From: the human T2T-CHM13v2.0 reference genome, Homo sapiens | NCBI RefSeq assembly: GCF_009914755.1 | Contig: NC_060931.1 | DNA: 64,000 bases | Direction: 5' to 3' (one strand) | Shown here: in pieces, positions 1 through 14,356 of the stretch | Layout: every line of letters begins with the position of its first letter | Numbering within the stretch: position 1 is the stretch's first letter | Notes under the pieces: generated by a model | The model's input: the letters and a program-made list of their open reading frames with translations, nothing else | Told to the model about the DNA's origin: nothing | Databases searched by the model: none | Program-made: the position numbers and the translations under genes

Positions 1-1098
1 GTGATCATTCTATACCCTGGGCCTAATGGCCAGTCCAGGGAAGCCTCCTGAGTTGGTCCAGTCAAACACACGAAATGGCATTGATGGCTTGGTCTGTGGG
101 TGTGATATGCATTACTCAGGATCGCTTGATGTTTTTGTCTCCAGGGCCTCTGCTGGAGCAACCAGCATTTTATGAAAATTGCCTTCTGTGGGAAGTCTGG
201 CCGAGGAGGCAGTGTCCCACAGAAGAGAAAGATAAAGACATAGGTAGCAACTTTCAGACTTCCAAGAGCTCCAGTTTTTTCACCTGTGAAACAGGTTTAA
301 TCATAACCCATGCAGCTGTAAGGCAGGAACAAGGTGATGTGTGTGTGAGTCCTAAGTAAGTTTTAAAGTACTGTATTCATGGAAGGATGATGATGATGGT
401 GATACTGATTTCAGCAAAACTCTGATAGAGATAAAGGAGTATAATGGAGGGTTGGAGAAGAAGGGATAGAAATTGTGCTGTCCTTAAGGGTGGGGCAGGT
501 GGCCTAGCAGCGTCATGCCTGAAACACAGTCAATAAATGTTTCCTTGCTGAACGCTGCCTGGCTGAAATTCTGTGTGATTCCCCTGGTATGTCTTTCCCA
601 TATTTAGTAAAATGTAATGATCACTTTTCCTGGTTTTAGCAACATTTTGCTTTCAAAAATATCATGGATGCAAGGAAGTTCCCTCACAGTGATTTGCCAT
701 AGCTCCACACCTCCCGGGAATGGTCCTGGAGACAGGCCTGTGCATCGAGGCACGTGGAGTGGGCTGGTCTATAGCACCCACCTTAGGAACCTGGGGACTT
801 CATGAGGGGCCCGACTGCATGACAACTTGCTAGAATTCCCAAGAAAAATGATGGAGGAAGCATTATGATCGGTGGTAGGGCTCACAGACAGTAAAGATTA
901 GAAGCCACGATCAAAAGAGGGGATGAAAACGGCTCCAGTTGAACTCTTTTTGAAATGGCAGAGTTGAGGCACATGGGCTCTATAGCTGGGATCCTGGGTC
1001 ACATTCGTTGACAGTTGGGAGGGATAGCAGGACCTAAGTGCTTTATATGCATTATCTCACTTAATTCTTATAACAGCTCTAAAGCAATAGTATAATAA

Positions 1099-1456
1099 GA
1101 GGGGCACAATCCCTTATTTACAATTTGGAAACCCAAAAATCTTTGAAAGCCTCAAGCTTTTCATAATTCATTTGAATGTGAAATGAACCTGACCTGAAAT
1201 CTTTTGACAGCAAAACCTAACTAGAACTTATGTGAGACTTTTTCTAGTTTTGATTTATCCCACCTGTTGTAAATATTCATGTTTTGCTGCAGAAATATTA
1301 ATGAATTTGATTATAGAGGAGTGCATCAGAGCTCACTGGGTGTGTTACATAATACATGGCATATACACCATGCTACTGTTCTATCATCCAGAAATCTGAA
1401 TTCTGAAAACACGTCTGACCTCCTCCCAGAGTTTGGGAATAGGGATTTTCATTCTG
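1099..1456 (-). mobile_element. MER46C-like TcMar-Tigger MITE, inserted in a MIR
   Basis: Degenerate terminal inverted repeats (GGCACAATCCCTTATT ... AATAGGGATTTTCATTCTG). Interior matches recalled MER46C consensus (GCAGAAATATTAATG, TTCTGAAAACACGTCTG). Confidence 0.7.
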
Positions 1457-1503
1457 TTTCTCCACTTTCACAGAAAAAAAATGAAGCTTAAATCAGTGAA
1501 GTA

Positions 1504-1579
1504 TTAGGTTGGTGCAAAATTGCAGTTTTTGCCATTACTTTCAATGGCAAAAATCGCAATTACTTTTGCATCAACCTAA
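1504..1579. mobile_element. MADE1 (Hsmar1-derived mariner MITE)
   Basis: TTAGGTTGGTGCAAAA...TTTTGCATCAACCTAA near-palindrome flanked by TA on both sides (1502-1503, 1580-1581). Confidence 0.92.
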
Positions 1580-1889
1580 TAATTTGCCTAGGGTCACAAA
1601 GCTGCTAAGTTGGGAACTATGGTTGTGCCCCAAGTCTGTTGTGAGATATTCTGCTAAGAGTTGCTGTTTCTTCCTTGGTTTTGAATCCCTTTCCCAAAAG
1701 CTTTCCTTTTTGTTGTCCTGGTTTGTGTGGCAGGCTCCAGGAGGAGGTATGTGTGTGTGTGCATCGTGGGAAGTAGAGTCAGGTCTTCCTGCTTAGCTAC
1801 CCATACTCAGGCTGCCTTGTTCTGTAAATACCTTGCGTTTTTCCTAAAACACAAGTCTGATCATTCCACTCACCTGCTTAAAAGCTTTT

Positions 1890-2345
1890 AGTGTACTATT
1901 CATAATAGCAAAGATAAGGAATTAACCTAAATGCCCTACAACAGTAGACTGGATAAAGGAAAGGTGGTACATATACACCAAGGAATACCATGAAACTACA
2001 AAAAAGAGCGAGATCATGTTCTTTGCAGCAACATGGATAGAGCTGGAGAGCATTATCCTTAGCAAACTAACACAGGAACAGAAAACCAAATACCACACGT
2101 TCTTACTTGTAAGTGGGAAGTAAACATTGAGTACACATGGACATAAACAAGGAAACAACAGATACCAGGGTCTATTTGAGGGTGGAGGATGGGAAGAGGG
2201 TGAGGATCGAAAAACTACCTGCTGGGTACTATGCTGATTACCTGGGTGACGAAATCATCTGCACACCAAAACCCCATGACACACAATTTATATAACAAAC
2301 TTGCACATGTACTCCTGAACTTAAAAGTTAAAAAACAAAACAAAA
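1890..2345 (+). mobile_element. L1 3' end (older L1PA/L1PB type), 5'-truncated
   Basis: L1 ORF2 C-terminus and 3'UTR motifs (GACTGGATAAAGG, AGCAAACTAACACAGGAACAGAAAACCAAATACC) followed by an A-rich tail. Confidence 0.85.
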
Positions 2346-2547
2346 CCCTTTTAGCACTGCTAGAAGGTCAAGTCCAAACTCCTTAGAATGGAATATAAAG
2401 ACGCCCTGCACTGGTTCCCAACTGGCTGTAGTAGCATGGGTGGTTAAAAGTATGGACTCTAGAGCTGTATCGCAGGGTAAAACCTTTCTTCTGCTGCCCC
2501 CTAGGTGTTTGTATCCCAGGCAAGTCTTCTCTCTGCCTTAATGTTTT

Positions 2548-2881
<334 letters not shown>

Positions 2882-3449
2882 TAGTCATCCACTTCCTAGT
2901 GTTGTAATGAGGCATGAATGAGTTAATACAATGTAAAATGGTTAGAACAACCTACACAGTAGGCACTCAAATGACACTATTGTTTTCATGGTTTCTCTGG
3001 CCTTGTTGTTGCTGCCCGGACTCTTCCTGTCCCCATCTGACCACACGCTTCAACCATTCCTTCCAGAACAAGGAAGACTGAAGCAGCCTGCTCCCCCTGC
3101 TGCATGCTTTTTCCTTTCCTTTGTCCTATTGTCTGCCTGTCAAACACCTGTTTATCTTTGACAACTGAGTTCAAGAGCCATCTTCTCCTTAAAGACTTCC
3201 CCAGTTTGCTTTCCTCCTTCCTGTCCTTTGGGTCTCCACGATGCCACATTTGTATTTCTGTCACGACCACCGACAGTATTTTAAAGTCCTTATTGGTGTC
3301 CTGATCTGTTTCTTTGCCTGAATTTTAAGCCCCTTGAGAACAAATCCCCTATATGTTTGTATCTCCAGTCCCTGGCAGAGAGTCTGACACAAGCCACATA
3401 ATCAATGTGTGTGGGTAAATGCTATAAAGAGAACTCGTTCCAACTTGGG

Positions 3450-3995
3450 TAGGAATTTCTGCTATGGATGCCATTTACAAGCGACAGAACCCACTCTTGC
3501 TAATTTGAGCTGAAAAGGAACATATTAAAAGACAGCTCACAGAATTTCCAAGAAGCCACAGAATGGGGCTTTGGATGTTTTATAGCCAGGAATACGATGC
3601 AAGTCACATCAGTGGGTTGTTCCGGTGGTGGTCCTCCTGCCATGCTGAGCCAGGACAGGGATTTGCCTTGCTGACATTGAGCATGGGGCACTACCTTCAG
3701 ACCGTTGCCCCTGCTCCCGCTGAAAGCAGAACATCTCTGTGGCCACCCTCTGCCATCCTCACCAGCATGCTATCACATAGTGCCTGGGTGGTGCCTTTTA
3801 ATTGTATTGCTTTCTCCCAAACTGAAATCTCCCATGGATGCACCTGACTGGTGGAGCCTAGGTCAAAGGCTTCTACACAGACTGCAAGGGAGACTAGCAA
3901 GGGGAAGGCATCTAGTTTAAGAAAGCATGGATTCATAAAGTGGGAGTGCCGAAGAGCAGAAAAGGGGGTTTCAAAGATGCTGAGTGGCCAGAATA
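3450..3995 (-). mobile_element. Old MaLR LTR (MLT1 type)
   Basis: ACAAGCGACAGAACCCACTC... and CTGACTGGTGGAGCCTAGGTCA motifs typical of old MLT1 LTRs. Confidence 0.45.
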
Positions 3996-4193
3996 TGTGG
4001 TGAGAATGACAACGGCAGTGAGAATTGACACCACCAGCAGCAGCAGTGGTGGTAAAGGGGTGATGGCTGGACAAGGCTGTTAAGTGGTGAGAGGAGAGGA
4101 TTTCAAGGGCAACAGGAGGGGAACTTCAACAGAGTTGGAGCATGGGATGCCTAAGACTCCGTGTAGAAAAATGAGGGAGACATTTGAGCTTAA

Positions 4194-4547
<354 letters not shown>

Positions 4548-4754
4548 ACCACTGACTTTCTTAGCTGAGTTTTTCATTGCGCCTCCCTAATCTTCTCCAT
4601 CAAGACTGATATCCTCTGGAAAAATGAGGATCACACTCACATATCACAATTGCGTTCTTCTAAAAAATGCTGGCTCTGAGGGATTCATTGGTAACAAAAG
4701 TGAGGAACTCTTCATAATCGAAATCAGTGCTGTTCACCAAATGTTCCAGATATG

Positions 4755-4905
4755 CACTGTCTGATGTGGTATGTGTGAGCTACACATGGCTATCAAGCAC
4801 TTGAAATGTGGATAGTGTGACTGAGAAACTGTTAACATTTTTTTAAGGCAATTTAAATGTAAATAGCCACATATAGTCAGGGGCTAACTTATTAGATAGT
4901 GCAGG
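4755..4905. mobile_element. MER3-like hAT MITE
   Basis: AGCACTTGAAATGTGGATAGTGTGACTGAG...AATAGCCACATA signature. Confidence 0.65.
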
Positions 4906-4976
4906 TGTAGATAATTTGATCTGTTTCGGAAGGCAAAAGAGATCACTACATTTGTAAAATTTAAAAACATATTTGA

Positions 4977-5288
<312 letters not shown>

Positions 5289-5379
5289 TTAAAATGTATC
5301 ATAGACTGGCATATAACCAAGTGTGTTTGTTGGCAAAAAGCCACTTTTTAATTGATAGAAATATTTTGGGGCATGATGA

Positions 5380-5718
<339 letters not shown>

Positions 5719-5894
5719 GTGAATTTAATTCTTAATAGTGATTCTGCACTGTAAAGTTTGTTAAACTAAAGATCTTAAAACTGGAGTTTGCAGTAACAAT
5801 ATTTTCCAACTAGGACATTTTGGAAAGCACTTATTTGTCAACAAAAGAAAAACGGCCAAATGTTTGGGATTGTGGTCTTTGAATCACACATCAG

Positions 5895-6055
5895 AGTCAC
5901 TGTGGCAGGCTTATTATAATACAGACTGCAGGGTCTCACTTTTAGAGCTTCTGATTCTGTAAGTCTGCGGGGAGCTGAGGATGAACATTCCTCACAAGTT
6001 CTCAGGTGATGCTCATACTGCAGGTTTGGGGATCACATTCCAAGAACCCCTGACT
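5895..6055. mobile_element. MER5A-like hAT MITE
   Basis: TTCTGATTCTGTAAGTCTG...CACAAGTTCTCAGGTGATGCT...AAGAACCCCTG. Confidence 0.6.
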
Positions 6056-7253
6056 TAAAGAAATGCTCTTTTAAAATTTAACTTTTTCCTTTAAGGACAT
6101 CTCAGAATCTTTCATCTGTAAGTATTGCTCTGGTCCTCTGAAACTCCCAGAGGGAGTGGTATATGAGAGATATCCCATATAATTTGATCATAGAACCCTT
6201 CCCCTTAGGGTAAACCAAGGATTATAATTGGAGAGACACAATTCTACGAAATTCAACTGAATTCAACATAAAGCTTAGTTTCCTCATTCTTCCACTTCCT
6301 CGATCCAGCCACAAAACTAGGGTTCCATGGGCTCAGTTCTAGGCTGTTTTCCGTTTTCCATCTACCCTCTCCTCATAGGAGAGCTCACCTGGGGCCATGA
6401 CTTGAAATGCTGATGATGCCCCATTTGACATCTCCTGCAATCTCTCCTCTGAACCCACATAGTGCATCCACTGCGTACTTAACATTTTCATCTCAAACTG
6501 AATGTGTCCTGAACTGAACTCTTTCTTGTTAATAATTCCCCCTGAGCCACTCTGATTCCTCTCCCGGTTTTCCCTACTTGGGAAATAGCATCACCACCCA
6601 CCATCTGGATTGTCATTAAACCCATCAGAAATAGTTGTTATTTCAGCCAAAAAAGAACAAAAATGCGTATAAGAATGTATGTGTTGGGTGTGATTCTGTT
6701 CTGTGGGGCCGTTCCCTGGAGCAGTAGTCGTTTATCTCTGTTTGCCTTCTCTCCCACATAAGTGCATGCCACCCTTCCATGGAGGATTCGATGAACATGG
6801 ATATGAGCCCCTTGAGGCCCCAGACCTATCTTTTCAATTGTGAACCAAAGGCCGACAAAGATGATCACTTTAAGGTGAATGATGATGAAAATAAGCACCA
6901 GTTATCTTTAAGAACGGTCAGTTTAGGGGCTGGTGCGAAGGATGAACTGCACATTGTTGAAGCAGAAGCAATGAATTACAAAGGTAGTCCAATTAAAGTA
7001 ACACTGGCAACTTTGAAAATGTCTGTGCAGGCAACAGTTTCCCTTGGGGGCTTTGAAATACCACTACCTGTGGTCTTACAATCGAAGTGTGGTTTAGGGC
7101 CAGTGCATATTAGTGGACAGCACTTAGTAGCTGTGGAGGAAGATGCAGAATCAGAAGATGAGGTGGGGGACGTGAAACTCTTAGGTATATCTGGAAAGTG
7201 ATCTGCTCCTGCAGGTGGTAGCAGGGTTCCATGGAAAAAAGTAAAACCTGCTG

Positions 7254-7254
<1 letters not shown>

Positions 7255-7284
<30 letters not shown>
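7255..7284 (+). repeat. (GAT)10 microsatellite derived from the NPM1 acidic tract
   Basis: Ten uninterrupted GAT units at the position of the second Asp/Glu tract. Confidence 0.9.
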
Positions 7285-7287
<3 letters not shown>

Positions 7288-7440
7288 GATGACGAGGAAA
7301 CTGAAGAAAAACTCCGGTGAAAAAATCTATATAAGATATACCAGCCAAAAGTGCACAAAAGTGAAGCCAGAATGGAAAAGACTTAAAACCACTAACACCC
7401 AGATCAAAAGGTCAAGAATCCTTCAAAAAACAGGAAAAAA

Positions 7441-7952
<512 letters not shown>

Positions 7953-10015
7953 TCACTTTAAGAAAAGAGTTTAGACAATTTGTTAAAAAAATTTCATCTC
8001 ATTTCATTTCTGTAACAGTTGATATCTGGTTGTCCTCTCTGTGATGCAGAGTGAGAACTTTTCCTACTGTGTTTAATAAATGTTTTCCAGGTTCCATCGC
8101 CAAGAATTTGTTGTCCAAAATGCCTATTTGGTTTTTAAAGATGGAACTCCACCCTTTGGTTTTAAGTATGTATGTAATGTTGTGATACGATATAATGGTA
8201 GCAGTGATCAGACATGGAAATGATGGGGAGACAAAAATATATATGTGAAATAAACTCAGTATTTTAATAAAGTAAGAAAAGAGTGTGTCTATACTTAAAC
8301 ATGATCGCAACCATAATACATGTATGCATGTGTGTGCATGTGTGTATGTGTACATACATAAATGTCTCCTTTTATCCATCTATAACGCCACATGCTAGAT
8401 CAAGACATGAGTCATCTTTGATACATCATCACATTCTTTAAAAAATGGATAACTCCTGTTTCCCCAGGTCATGCCTTCATGGGGGTTACTATGAGGTCAT
8501 AATGTAAGAAAGAAAAAAGGTATTTCTCTACCTCTGTTCCTGTCTATAACTGTGGAAACGGAGATGGCTCTCAGATCTCTCCAGCTGGTTCAGAAAGCCC
8601 TGAGATGCCTCACATGAGCTTAGGAGCTAGTACTCTCTGCCAGACTGCCCTCTCTTCCTCCCTCTGCCATTCTCTCCTACATCTCCCTGATTCCAGAAGG
8701 AGGCAGGTCCAACTTCATGCCCAGGCTGCTGTATCCCTCTGCTCTGATGAGCTCCACATTCCCTGGAAGTGAGAAGGGATGATTAACTCCTTCATATTCT
8801 GTTACACAGGCCAGAGGAGTATTGTTTTTCATGCTCTGTACCTGACTGAAAATTTAGTGAAAGAAATCTTTTATTTTTCATTTCGTGTATTCCAGGCTCT
8901 TTTGCTGTGACTCAGGCAAACAACTGTCCCTAAATTTCCTTTTCCTTCCTGTACTGACCTAGCGCTCTTGGACCAAGTTTGTATAACTTTATTCTCCTTT
9001 CTTTTAGGAAGACTTTTAAGAAGTGGCTTCTTATTCCTCATGCAAAGAGAACTGGGTAAGTTCTGCCCCAGTGGCCTTCCCTGTTTTCTTCCTGTAGTGT
9101 ATCCAACCTCTTGCTTCTTATGCATCCTGCCTCCCACATTGGCATACACTTTTATGTTTGTGTATGTACATGTGTGTGTTTATATATAAGTTATATGTCT
9201 ACTTATTTCCACTACTCTGTAGGCTCTTTTTTTTGCCTTCTTTTTGTAGTGGCCTGAGTTGTTCTTGGTGACCATCAAAAGCAGTGTACAAGGGTCAGAG
9301 AGGTAGATTTTGTCCTTCCAATTGTGTTGGAAATCTAAAGATGATGAGATCCCTGAATGCAGGTTCCTTAAACTCAATCAACCTTATTCACATTAAAGAA
9401 AAGATTGAAATTGCAACCTGAGCTTCAGAGGAGCATGTCATCGAAGGGCAGGACTTTCTACCTGTCTCCCCCTCAATTATGCTATTTCTATCAGTGCCAA
9501 ACTTCTCTCGGTTCTCAGAGCCCACAGGGGCTGCAGACACTATCGGGAGTCATGGCACCTTAAGCACAGTTTAGCACAAGTGCTGCCTTGATTGCTCTTC
9601 AGAAAGCTGATGGGCAGATGGAGGCTCTTTTTAGGTCTTCATTATTAGCAGTTTATCATGTAGCATAATGTCACTTAGGCAACGTGGTACGGTTATGATG
9701 ACATAATTTAAAAATCAATACACAAGGAAGGGTTTGTGAATTAAATGTGGCATTTAAATTTTCAAATGTAAAAGAGCACAAACATAGATTTAAAACACAC
9801 ATTTAAAAGTAAATCATGCCTGTGGTCGGTTGCTCCTCTTTGTAGTCCAGTCCCCAATAAATACACAATTTAGAGATTAAATAATTTAGAGATTCATTTT
9901 GGACCCTGTGCCAGTTTGATTCCAAATCATTCACATCATTGGATGGATCTAGTTTTCACTTGAGATGTTAAAAAAGTTTTAAAATCCTATGCTAGAAAGG
10001 TAGTTTAAAGAAAGG

Positions 10016-10232
10016 AAACTTAATTGACCTTATTCACATTAAGGAAAGATCTAAACTACAGCCTGAGCTTCAGAGGATTGTGTCATTGAAGGGCAGCACT
10101 TTCCACTTGTCCACCTCTCAGTCATGCTGTTTCCATCAGTGCCAACCTTCCCTCGGCAATCAGGGCACACAGGGGCTGCAGAGACTGTCGGGAGTCACGC
10201 ACCCCAACTGTACCACATTGCCTAAGTGAGAT
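10016..10232 (+). repeat. Local duplication of 9370-9559 plus an inverted copy of 9668-9694
   Basis: Direct alignment by eye. Flanked by the 16-bp direct repeat GTTTAAAGAAAGGAAA (10003-10018, 10233-10248). Confidence 0.9.
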
Positions 10233-10943
10233 GTTTAAAGAAAGGAAAATTCTTAGCTCCTGGGAGGTAGGGGCAAATGGGTGGGGTATTGAGCCAAAAA
10301 GGCCATTCCTGACTTGGCATTTCCTGAGAATTCTGAATGCCTGCTTCAGTGCCATCACAGATGCACCAATTGTGTCAGCATTAGCTTTCTATTTTTCTCT
10401 CCAGAGCAATGGTTTCCAAATTTAGCTGTACAACAGAATCACCTGGGGTGCCTATTAAAAACACAGGTTCTTAATCCATTTGGGTAATCAGATTTAGTAG
10501 GTCTAGGGTAGAGGGTAAGACCAACTCACCCTTAGAGTTGTTCACAGTGCTTTGAATTTACTTGCCTCAGGGATTTTTGCCTAGGAAAAAACACAAGCTG
10601 AAGACTAGCTCTTCTAGTTTTTCATGAAAACTGAAATTCAGAGTGGCAGCTGCTGCTGGCTGACTCTGGTCCCAGTATGATTTCTTATAAAGTATTTGGA
10701 ACAGCTTTTCATTTCATCTCAATTTTCTTTTACCTTTCTCTTTAAATTAGATTATTTGTTCAAAATTTTATTGCTTGCCTGGCAAGTATTTTGTAGGACA
10801 CCATGTACCCCCCAAAATGCACTCATTATGATACTATTATTAATTATTAATTGCTTCCAAATAGAATCCTTCAGTAAGCATTATTTTTGGCAAGTATCAT
10901 GTACTACTTTCAGAATTATTTCAGTTGTTCAAAGAATTATTCG

Positions 10944-11322
<379 letters not shown>

Positions 11323-12169
11323 TCATATGTGGTCTGTGTAATAATAATGGTATTTCAAATATATGTATATATGGATGCTTCTATTTGTAAGTGGGTGAAA
11401 ACATAATCAGCTATTTCCTCTCTTGAAGTGACATGTAAAGTAAAAATATAATCTCCACTCTCACATTAACATTCTAAGAAATGGGTTGGTAATCAGAGAA
11501 ATTTAAATAGTAGATGCAAATGAAACTGTGTACATTATTATAAACATTTTTTCGATTTGAATGTTCAAAACCTACAAGTTCTCATTATATCTTCCCAAAG
11601 GGTGATTAGAGGAGACAGAATTACCTAACTTGAATAAATCAATTTTTTGCAATGTAATAACTCTCTGATTTTAAATTCACCATTCAAGTAAAGGTCTAAT
11701 ATTACCTATGTTGTACTCAATAAATTTGAAATGGTTGTGATTATGTCTCAACTTTACCTTTCCACCCTGATCTTTTTTATTCACTAAGAGACTAGTCCCT
11801 ATCCTTTGCCAGGCTCAGATCTATGCCTGATGGCCAGTTGCACGGAATGGCTGGTAGCAGCCAAGGCTTATGGATTCACAAAAGAGTGAGTGCCGAGGAA
11901 TAGAAATTACTTACCTCACCCTTGATTTCCTTGCAAACCATTGATCAAATTCTACCCTAAGCTTGTGATTTATTGCAGTTAAACATTTCTCCTTGCTCTC
12001 TATCTTCCCTTTTTAAAGCATATGGCTGTTTTTCATTCTTTTTCTTTTCTTCAAAGTTCAGTTGCCTATGGGATCAGAATTTTCTTGCAGGAGACAGTTT
12101 TTGTCATGGTAAATAATTTTTACCTAAAGGCAGTTCTTGCTCTAGGAAGCATTTTGTACATAAAGTAGA

Positions 12170-13100
12170 AGTTGACTCCTTTTGGGTGCCCGCTCAGCTC
12201 ACCATAGCCACCACATCTCTACCTTCATTTGAGAACTCTCTCTTGATCCACAGGGATGGGCTACCGATAGCCATGTTTATATGTACAGCCTTGAATACCT
12301 TCCCCAGCCATGGGTGTTCACACTTGATTCAAGCTGAATCCACTATAGTCTGTTTCCTCAGAAAGTGAAGTTGGGATTCAGACAGAGATAAGTTAGTCTC
12401 TGGGGGTGGCTATCACTGTAACATGTGTCATTTAGCTTGTCCTTTAGCTCTGGGAGCAGTAATGCTGCAAAACACCCACAAATCTCAGGGTCACATGACC
12501 ATCATTTATTTACACTCATGTATGTGTGCTTGCCAGGGATTTGGCAGTTCTAGTCTGGGCCCAGCTGAGCAGCTCTATTACATGTGCCTTTTATCCTCAT
12601 CCTGGCACTAGTGGCCTATGCTGCAAGGTTCTTATGGCAATGCCCGAAGTACAAGGATACCAGTAGAAATGTGACAGATCTCATAGAAGCTAGGCTTGGA
12701 AGTGGCGCTTTCACTTCTGCCCCATTCTGTTGGCCAAATAAGTCAATGACTGACCCCAGTGCACTCTGCCCCTTGATAGAGCTGCAGTTATATGGCACAT
12801 GGCATCGATATGGACTGAAGGGATGAGTGGTGGGTGGTAAGAAGAATCAAAGCCAGTGATATAGTCTGTTATGCACGTGAACTTGGGTTTACCTGTGGGT
12901 GGCCATATTCCTCCATGTAGACCACAAAATAGGGAGAGTGCATCTGTCTTGAAAAAGACTGACACAGATACTTAAAAACAGAAAGGAAGGATATCTCTAT
13001 CCTGATGACTTTCCTATTTCTGGTTCTAGGTCTTTCCTGAGTCTTGGCTACATCTCCATTCTTGGTTTCTGTGCAAGATCTCTGAGTCCTTTTAATAAAT
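12170..13100. mobile_element. Old ERVL/MaLR LTR fragments (LTR16/LTR33-like, interrupted by MLT1-like sequence)
   Basis: Degenerate LTR-like motifs and AATAAA near 13094. Boundaries uncertain. Confidence 0.35.
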
Positions 13101-13700
13101 CCACTCTGTGTGAATACTAAAAGGAAAATGGAAAGGAGGGCAAATAGAATTAGCTGATTTTCTCATGAGGAATCACAGTACCAACAAGAGCTCAGATTAA
13201 CCATAGCTGTGTGTGTGGCCAGGTGGGAGACATGGTAACTGTAAGCAGGTAAGTAGAGGGTGATTTTCCCAAACGCATTTCTTTAAAATTTTTTTAATTG
13301 ACAAGTAAAAATAGTATATATTTATGGTTTGCACCAAGATGTTTTGATATATGTATACCTTGTGCCAAATGCATTTCTAAAATTACATATACATCAGGAG
13401 CTTGAACAACTTCCAACTAAACAAGCTCAGTTGGAACAAGCTCTGGGTGGTGCTCATAAGAAAGTTTTGGAGGATCTTTCACCATTAGTGAACTCCACTC
13501 TTTGTGGAAAGTGTTTAAACTTCCACTGAGTACCTTTTCTCAACAGGAAAGTAAATAGAATGCAAAGCTTTATTGGTCAAGTAGAAGGGGAGAAAACTTT
13601 ATTCTAATATGTGGTATGTTACACATGGTTGATTACCTCCAAATTAATATCTCCAGTCAGTTCTGACTTCTACTTTAAGCTCTGGATTTGCATGTCCAAC

Positions 13701-14352
13701 TGAGACGGGAGATCAGCAGCACTTGTTTTCCTGGTACTGGTCATGACCCCATTCACGAGGCTGCTGATCAAAACAGAATGCAGTAAAACAACTGAGGCTG
13801 AGTGTGGTGGCTCACACCTGTAATCCCAGCACTTTGGGAGGCTGAGGCGGGTAGATCACTATGTAAGGAGTTCAAGAAACTGGCTGAAACCAGCTAAAAC
13901 CAAGATGACAACAAAAACAATTGCTAGTTGCCCTAATTGCTCATTTTACAGTAACTATAAAGCATTAGCATACTAAAAGATACTCTCACCAGCACCATGA
14001 TAATTTACAAATACCATGGCAATGCCCAGAAGTTACCTTATATAGTTTAAAAGGGAGAGGAACCCTCTGTTCAAGGAACTCCCCGTCCCTTTTCTAGAAA
14101 ATTCATGAATAGCCTGCCCCTTATTTAGCATATAATTAAGGAGTGGCTATAAATATAGCTAGCCAGCAGTCCACTTGTGCTATTCTGCCTATGGGCCAGC
14201 TCTGCTCTGTCTATGGAGCAGCCATTTTCCTGTACCCTGTTGCTTGAATAAACTTGCTTTGCTTTCACTTTATCAGTTCTCTCTTATATTCTTTCTGGTG
14301 CAAAGCCAAGAACCATCCTAGCTGAGCCCTAATTTTGGGTTTGCTTGCATCA
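13701..14352 (+). mobile_element. MER41-family ERV1 solo LTR inserted in an L2
   Basis: TG...CA termini, 4-bp TSD CAAC (13697-13700, 14353-14356), and MER41 core (GCATTAGCATACTAAAAGATACTCTCACCAGCACCATGA, CTATGGAGCAGCCATT, AATAAACTTGCTTT). Confidence 0.85.
13796..13876 (+). mobile_element. Alu 5' fragment (~80 bp) inside the MER41 LTR
   Basis: GGCTGAGTGTGGTGGCTCACACCTGTAATCCCAGCACTTTGGGAGG...GGAGTTCAAGA, after which LTR sequence resumes. Confidence 0.85.
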
Positions 14353-14356
14353 CAAC

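Noticed and set aside
10025-10230. Duplicated unit as a coding exon or snoRNA pair
   Set aside because: An indel and a stop differ between the copies, and I found no convincing C/D or H/ACA box layout.
11909-11917. Consensus splice donor GAG|GTAAGT on the minus strand
   Set aside because: No matching acceptor or recognisable coding exon; such 9-mers occur by chance in 64 kb.
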